NCBI GenBank assembly: GCA_050486505.1
Contig: JBJHDK010000022.1
Span: forward strand, 1 to 34,076
DNA from: Fibrobacteria bacterium
Lineage (GTDB): Bacteria > Fibrobacterota > Fibrobacteria > UBA11236
Direction of reading: 5' to 3'
Length of the DNA: 34,076 nt
The notes beneath the pieces are model-generated. The model made no database searches. It saw only the letters and a program-made list of their open reading frames with translations, and had not been told where the DNA came from. The position numbers were made by a program, and so were the translations under genes. Positions 28,998 to 34,076 of the stretch are shown here, piece by piece. How positions within the stretch are numbered: the stretch's first letter is position 1; every line of letters starts with the position of its first letter.

Positions 28998-29073
28998 CTC
29001 GTTGTTGTCTTTGCGCTCTCTGTGGCCAACCAAAACAGGGAATGGCCACAAAGGACGCAAAGAGTTCAAAGAA
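28998..29073. repeat. Inverted nonamer-array hairpin element
   Basis: ctttgcgctctctgtggcca ... tggccacaaaggacgcaaag pair as an imperfect stem; same family as 20181-20257. Confidence 0.7.
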
Positions 29074-29079
29074 GAGAGT

Positions 29080-29841
29080 TCAAACCTGGACGACCAACCC
29101 GTCGTACGCTAGCCGGATCTCCGGCGGCAGTCGGGCCTCCGTTTCCGCATGCCCGAGCTCGTGCCCCATGTGCACGAAAAACGTCCGCTCCGCCCCGATG
29201 CGCTTCGCGTACTCCACCGCTCCGTCGAAATGCAGGTGCGTCGAATGCGGCTGCTCGCGAAGGCAATCGAGGGCGAGCACCTTCACGCCACGCATGAGTT
29301 CCAGCGTTGCGTCGGGGATCTCCGTCACATCCGTGATGAAGGCGAAGTCGTTCACGCGATACCCGAGGATGGGCTCCGGCCCGTGCAGCACGGGCAGGGG
29401 AACCACTTCCCACGCGCCGACCCGGAACGGTCCCCGAACCACGTGCAGATCATATTGGGGCGCCCCCCCACCATATTGCTTCGGTGGCGTAAACGCGTAG
29501 GCGAAACGCACTTTCACATCCTCGAACGTCTCCTCCGACGCGTGCAGGCGCACGGGATCGCCCGACCGCTGCGAGAAGATGCGCAGGTCGTCGAGGCCCG
29601 AGATGTGGTCGGAATGCGCGTGGGTCAGCAGCACCGCGTCGAGGCGGTCGAGACCGTGGCGCAGGGCTCCCTGGCGGAAATCCCCGGACACGTCCAAAAT
29701 CACCGAGTGACGGGCGTCACGCAGCCAGATGCCGGTGCGGTTGCGCCGGTCGCGCGGGTCGGTGGAGGTGCAAACCGCGCAACGACAGCCGATGACGGGG
29801 ATTCCGTGCGAGGTACCGGTGCCGAGGAAGTGGATTTCCAT
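29080..29841 (-). CDS. MBL-fold metallo-hydrolase (PhnP-like)
   Basis: FLGTGTSHGIPVIGCRCAVC, THAHSDHISGLDDLR, FAFITD, HSTH, VHMGH, LAYDG. Confidence 0.92.
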   Translation of the reverse strand: MEIHFLGTGTSHGIPVIGCRCAVCTSTDPRDRRNRTGIWLRDARHSVILDVSGDFRQGALRHGLDRLDAVLLTHAHSDHISGLDDLRIFSQRSGDPVRLHASEETFEDVKVRFAYAFTPPKQYGGGAPQYDLHVVRGPFRVGAWEVVPLPVLHGPEPILGYRVNDFAFITDVTEIPDATLELMRGVKVLALDCLREQPHSTHLHFDGAVEYAKRIGAERTFFVHMGHELGHAETEARLPPEIRLAYDGLVVQV

Positions 29842-29948
29842 GCCCTGAAAGGTAGTGCGACGGGTCGAGAACGCGGTGATGGCTGTCACGCCGCGGAAAT
29901 ACGGAATGCGGTAGGTTCACGAACGGTCATGTGACCAAGGAGGTTCTC

Positions 29949-31304
29949 ATGTTTCGATTCAAACAACCAGCCATCCGCCGTGCGGCAACCACGGCTGCTT
30001 TCACAAGATCCGCGTCGCTCCTCGGCGCGGCCCTGGCCGGCGGGGTTTTCCTGCTCGCTGCTTGTCTCTCGTCCCCCGACGGTAAGCCCCGCAAGGGAAA
30101 TCCGGGCGCGGGTGTTTCGGTTGAAATCCGCCTGCACCCCGCGGCGCTGGCGAAGTCGGCCGCGGGAACGGCGGCCCGCCCGCTCGATTCGGTGCACATC
30201 CGTATCAGCGCGCCCGACATGGACACGCTGCATTACGCCTTCGGGGCGGGAAGCGAGACCGTGACCATCACCGACCTGCCCGCGGGCGAGGCACGCCGCT
30301 TCGACGCCCTGCTTTTCCATGAGGGGCGTTTGCTCTACTCCGGAACCAGCACCGTGGACTTGCACACCGATCAGAACAACTCCGTGTTCCTGCTGTGCAT
30401 GCCCGAGTTCTCCCGTGTCTCCGCCAGCGTGCACATTCCCATCGACTTTCCCAAGGTGGTGGCCGGGGGGCGCATGTTGCTCTACAGGGCGGGGGACACC
30501 CTCGCGGTCGATCCCGTCGTCAACGGGGAATTGCGCGTGTTCCGCTTCGAGGAGGTTCCGGGAGACCTGGAGTACGGCATTTCCATCGCGTTGTGGGATC
30601 CTTCCGGAGACACGCTGGCTTGGGCCGTCAGGAACGACGTGTACGTCCCCAAGGGAGAAAACATCGGATTGGTAATCCCGCTCAACATCACCTTTTCGGA
30701 GTTGCAGATCTCCATGGAAATCGAGGATCCGCGCACCACGTCCGTCGTCCTGTCGTTCCCCGCGGGACGGCGTTTCCCGGCGGGTTTCGGAGAGGCGGTG
30801 TTCTCGGAGCTTTATCCGATCCCCTCCGCCGAGGACGGGGGGGACGCCGCCGGCGAATGGATCGAGGTCTTCAATCGCGTCGCCGACTCTCTCGATGTTT
30901 CGGGCTGCCGCATCACCCGCGATGCGGGCAGCAGTTCCGCGATGATTCTCAACATGCCCGCAGGCACGGTGATCCCCCCGGGCAGGGGACTGGTGGCGGG
31001 TCGGTCGGCGGTCACGTTTGCCGATATTTCCATCGGCAGTTCGGCGCTTTCCCTGACGAACACCGGTGCCCGGCTCGAGTTTTCCTGCAACGCGGGAGTG
31101 CTGACGCTCGATACGCTGCGCTACTCCAATTCCGCATCCGATTCGCTGGCGGCATTGATCGCCTCCGGAAAGGTCACGGCGCTGAGACCTTCGCGCATCG
31201 CCTCGCGCCATGACGCCACCGCGTGGTGCCTTGCGGCCCCGCGTCCGACGCCGGGGGAATCCCTTGCCACGCCCGGCGTGCTCGACGGCTCCTGCGGGGA
31301 GTGA
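29949..31304 (+). CDS. Lipoprotein with C-terminal lamin-tail (LTD) domain
   Basis: AAGGAGG SD; lipobox LLAA-C; VFSELYPIP...GEWIEVFN...LDVSG...TPG LTD pattern. Confidence 0.75.
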   Translation: MFRFKQPAIRRAATTAAFTRSASLLGAALAGGVFLLAACLSSPDGKPRKGNPGAGVSVEIRLHPAALAKSAAGTAARPLDSVHIRISAPDMDTLHYAFGAGSETVTITDLPAGEARRFDALLFHEGRLLYSGTSTVDLHTDQNNSVFLLCMPEFSRVSASVHIPIDFPKVVAGGRMLLYRAGDTLAVDPVVNGELRVFRFEEVPGDLEYGISIALWDPSGDTLAWAVRNDVYVPKGENIGLVIPLNITFSELQISMEIEDPRTTSVVLSFPAGRRFPAGFGEAVFSELYPIPSAEDGGDAAGEWIEVFNRVADSLDVSGCRITRDAGSSSAMILNMPAGTVIPPGRGLVAGRSAVTFADISIGSSALSLTNTGARLEFSCNAGVLTLDTLRYSNSASDSLAALIASGKVTALRPSRIASRHDATAWCLAAPRPTPGESLATPGVLDGSCGE

Positions 31305-31402
31305 CCGGTCGTGGTTCCCGGACGGGGAGGGGTGCAGGGAGTCCCCCCGTCCGGTGCATTGTCGTCCCTGAAACATCGGAAATCCCGGCCCCAGGAGGCA
31401 TC

Positions 31403-34076
31403 ATGTCGCAGCTTTTTCAATCACACCGGTCCGGGAGGCTGCTGTACGCGTGCTGCATCGTCCTGATGATGGCTTCGCCCGGGCTGGCCTCCGGTCACGC
31501 CCGCGTGCACGCCTGGGTTCAGGAGTACGGCAACCTCGTCCTCAACTGGAGTTTCGAGAACCGTCTCGAGTTCTGGCGCGACGATAGCCTCGTGGGCGTG
31601 GTCTCCCGTGCGCGAGCCGCATCCGGGAACGCCGTCTCGGGGCGCTTCACGGGCTTGGTCACGGGAACCACGACGGACGCGTCCGTGCAGCGCCACCTGG
31701 AAACGCCCCGCATTCCGGTCGTTCCGGGCCAGGCGTACACACTGTCGTTCTGGGTGCGCTCCGACGGGGACGTGACGGGAGGCGCCGCGCCGGAGGTCCG
31801 CTTCTGGGAAACGCTCGCAGCATCTTCCGGTTCCATTGCCGGCGTGTCTTACCGGGCGCGCGCGCTTGCGGAGTGGGGGACGCCGGAGCTTGCCTGGTGG
31901 ACCTTGCAGCGTCTCTCATTCACGGTTCCCTCGGGGGTCACGCGAATCAGTCTCGCCCTCTGGAGAGCGGCGGAGTCCGGTGCAGGGGGAACCTTGCACT
32001 TCGACGACGTCGTGTTGGAAGAAGGGGCGCTCTCCGATGCGGCGGTTCTTGAACGTCGATCGCGGCACAACTACGCCGTGTCCTATCACGATGCGCTCGG
32101 CCGTTGGCACCAGACGCAATCACCCGCGCCCGAGAACGCCAGCTTTCTGCGCGTGGAAGGCGTGGAATACGATTCCGCCGGGCGCGTGACGCGCGTCCCG
32201 GTCGCCACGGCAGTGCAGTCCCCCTGGCCGCCGGTCTTTATCGAGGACCTCGTCGATGCGGCCGCTTGGCATCACGGCACCGCGAGCCCCTATGCCGAAA
32301 CCGTGTATGCACCTGATCCCACGTCCCGTGTGACGGAGAGCGCATTTCCCGGCGAGGCGTGGGCGTTGTCGGGCGGGCGCACGCGCCGTTTCGGCCGGCG
32401 CTTCGTGGCAGATCTCGCCCTGCCCACGGAGATCGAGACGGCGGCTCCCGATCCATTCGAGCGTCCCTATCTGCTGTCCTGGGCCCGCGATGAGGATTCG
32501 GTGTTCACGATGACCTGGACGAACCTCCGCGGTGAAGTCGTGCAGGAAGCCCGTCAGTTTGGCGGGAATCCGGCCGACGCGTCCTCGTTCGCCGTCACGC
32601 GCATGGAGTACACCCCGTCAGGCATGCCGCGCCGCATTCTCACGCCGCTCGACGTCTCGGCATCGGACAGCGGCTTTGCGGAGATCCGAAACCACGATGC
32701 GCGCGGCATGTTGACCAGCCGGTACGGCCCTGATGTCGGCCTGGAGAAGTTTTGGTACGATCGCGAGGGAAAACTCAGGTACGCGCAGGGAGAAGAACAG
32801 CGTGAGCGCGGTGCGTACTTCACCTATTACGACTACGACGCGCACGGAAACCTCGTCTCGACCGGGGAACAGTTCCTCTACAACCCGCCCTACCCCGACC
32901 AGGAACAGGTGGTGGACCCGCCGGGGGAATTCGGCGTCTGGGGAAAGGAAGAGCACCGGGGGTTTCTGTTCGGGGACCTCTCCGCGTTCGAGGCGCGTAC
33001 GGGAATCCACCCCGACTCGCTGGACGCAGGCTTGAAGATGATGCCGGAGCGGCCCTTTTCACTTGTCGCGGCTTGGCACAGAAATCCGCGTGTCGCTGAA
33101 CACCATGGAGCGAAGGTCGCGCTGGTCGCCGAATTCCCCCACTATGACATGAACGGCAGGGTGACGCGTCGTCACCTGTGGATGGGTGCATCGATGGACG
33201 CGCCCCTGCAGTCGGTGCGCATGGACTATGATTCGCTCGGCAGGTTGCAGGAGCGCATCGTGCACGAAGGATTCGGCATCACCAGTCCGATCATGCAGCA
33301 AGGCTGGGCGCGCGATGCCCTCGGTCGGGTGGTCGCGGTCTCGGGGCTCTACGGGGACACCATCGGTCGCTATGCGCACGCCTACGACGGGCGGTTGGAG
33401 TCGGTTTGGCTCGGGGAGGAAGACGATGAAGACGTCGGCATCGAGATCAGGTACGGCTATCACGTGCGCGGCTGGTTGAATGACACGGAGGCATGGAGCC
33501 GCCATGACGGGCGCCCGGTGTTTCGCCAGATCCTTGGCTTCGAAGAACGCGCCCTTGAGGAGAGCGGGGTGCCCCTCCTCGACGCGCCCCGTTACGGGGG
33601 ACAGATCAGCCAGCAACTTTACTGGTACCTGTGGGATGTTGCGAATCCGTTGCGTGTCGTGAACTATACTTACGACCAAATGGGTCGTTTGACAACATCG
33701 GATTATCGCCACGGGCAGGGAAGCTTCGGCTACGGGGGAAACCTCGTGTTTCCGGTCAGCTTCAGCGACGTGAACACGCTGGATACCCGGGTCGAATACG
33801 ATCTTAACGGCAGAATCACGGGGAAGAGGGGAGGGGGGGTGTCCTCCGCCGACTCCGCCGTGTACGGGTACGGGTGGAACTCCTACAAGGTGGATCATGT
33901 TGCCGGTCGCTTGTCCGCTTCCGGTCGCCGCGATGCCTCGGGATGGGAAAACTTCGGGTACGATGCCTCCGGCCGGCTTGTCCGCGACCGTTCGAAGGGG
34001 CTGGAAGCCGTGGTCTCCCACGAGGGACTGGTCACGGAATACCGGGTCGTTTCAGGTGACGAGGAGCGTGTGATCC
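31403..34076 (+). CDS. Secreted RHS/YD-repeat protein with N-terminal CBM_4_9-like domain; runs off the window
   Basis: Absent from the ORF track because there is no stop. ATG 31403 after AGGAGG; signal peptide; NLVLNWSFE...YTLSFWVR...FTVP...LHFDDVVL (CBM4/9-like); YHDALGR, EYDSAGR, YAETVY..DP..RV...FPG..W (Bacteroidota RHS N-terminal pattern); YDREGK, YDAHGN, YDMNGR, YDSLGR, YHVRGWL, YTYDQMGRL, YDASGRL..DRSKG. Confidence 0.88.
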   Translation, partial: MSQLFQSHRSGRLLYACCIVLMMASPGLASGHARVHAWVQEYGNLVLNWSFENRLEFWRDDSLVGVVSRARAASGNAVSGRFTGLVTGTTTDASVQRHLETPRIPVVPGQAYTLSFWVRSDGDVTGGAAPEVRFWETLAASSGSIAGVSYRARALAEWGTPELAWWTLQRLSFTVPSGVTRISLALWRAAESGAGGTLHFDDVVLEEGALSDAAVLERRSRHNYAVSYHDALGRWHQTQSPAPENASFLRVEGVEYDSAGRVTRVPVATAVQSPWPPVFIEDLVDAAAWHHGTASPYAETVYAPDPTSRVTESAFPGEAWALSGGRTRRFGRRFVADLALPTEIETAAPDPFERPYLLSWARDEDSVFTMTWTNLRGEVVQEARQFGGNPADASSFAVTRMEYTPSGMPRRILTPLDVSASDSGFAEIRNHDARGMLTSRYGPDVGLEKFWYDREGKLRYAQGEEQRERGAYFTYYDYDAHGNLVSTGEQFLYNPPYPDQEQVVDPPGEFGVWGKEEHRGFLFGDLSAFEARTGIHPDSLDAGLKMMPERPFSLVAAWHRNPRVAEHHGAKVALVAEFPHYDMNGRVTRRHLWMGASMDAPLQSVRMDYDSLGRLQERIVHEGFGITSPIMQQGWARDALGRVVAVSGLYGDTIGRYAHAYDGRLESVWLGEEDDEDVGIEIRYGYHVRGWLNDTEAWSRHDGRPVFRQILGFEERALEESGVPLLDAPRYGGQISQQLYWYLWDVANPLRVVNYTYDQMGRLTTSDYRHGQGSFGYGGNLVFPVSFSDVNTLDTRVEYDLNGRITGKRGGGVSSADSAVYGYGWNSYKVDHVAGRLSASGRRDASGWENFGYDASGRLVRDRSKGLEAVVSHEGLVTEYRVVSGDEERVI

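Noticed and set aside
31320..31352. GGACGGGG...CCCCGTCC hairpin between the LTD and RHS genes as a terminator or REP
   Set aside because: Large loop, no U-tract and no second copy in the window.

Overview
GC-rich bacterial chromosomal window, mostly housekeeping genes. The DUF2341/LamG surface protein, PorV-like barrel, HPPK-dNK fusion, long IspG and TAnnTTTG-like promoters suggest the FCB group, probably Fibrobacterota (inference). Gene order: partial DUF2341-LamG-Ig surface protein (-), panC, folK-dNK fusion, rho, proC, GH57 branching enzyme plus DUF4912 protein with a histone-like N-terminus, outer-membrane barrel plus lipoprotein, thrC, PorV-like barrel, a NUDIX-folB-pteridine reductase-GH84 operon, FKBP PPIase, RidA, UbiD, an AbrB/PIN TA pair, two head-to-head truncated genes (NmrA/AraC), ispG, trmJ-like, rmlC, a BrnT/BrnA TA pair, RibD_C/DHFR-like, MBL hydrolase, lamin-tail lipoprotein and a partial secreted CBM-RHS protein. 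The most unusual signals are: (1) several families of small palindromic or tandem-repeat elements at many gene junctions, including GTAG-type REP hairpins that are translated in frame inside ispG and the DUF4912 gene; (2) a cytoplasmic O-GlcNAcase-like GH84 coupled to pterin enzymes; (3) a recurrent promoter-like hexamer 6-10 nt before start codons that lack a Shine-Dalgarno; (4) a clean deletion or chimera junction between NmrA and AraC remnants. No rRNA, tRNA, CRISPR array or transposase was recognised. All family calls come from motif recognition by eye, not database searches.
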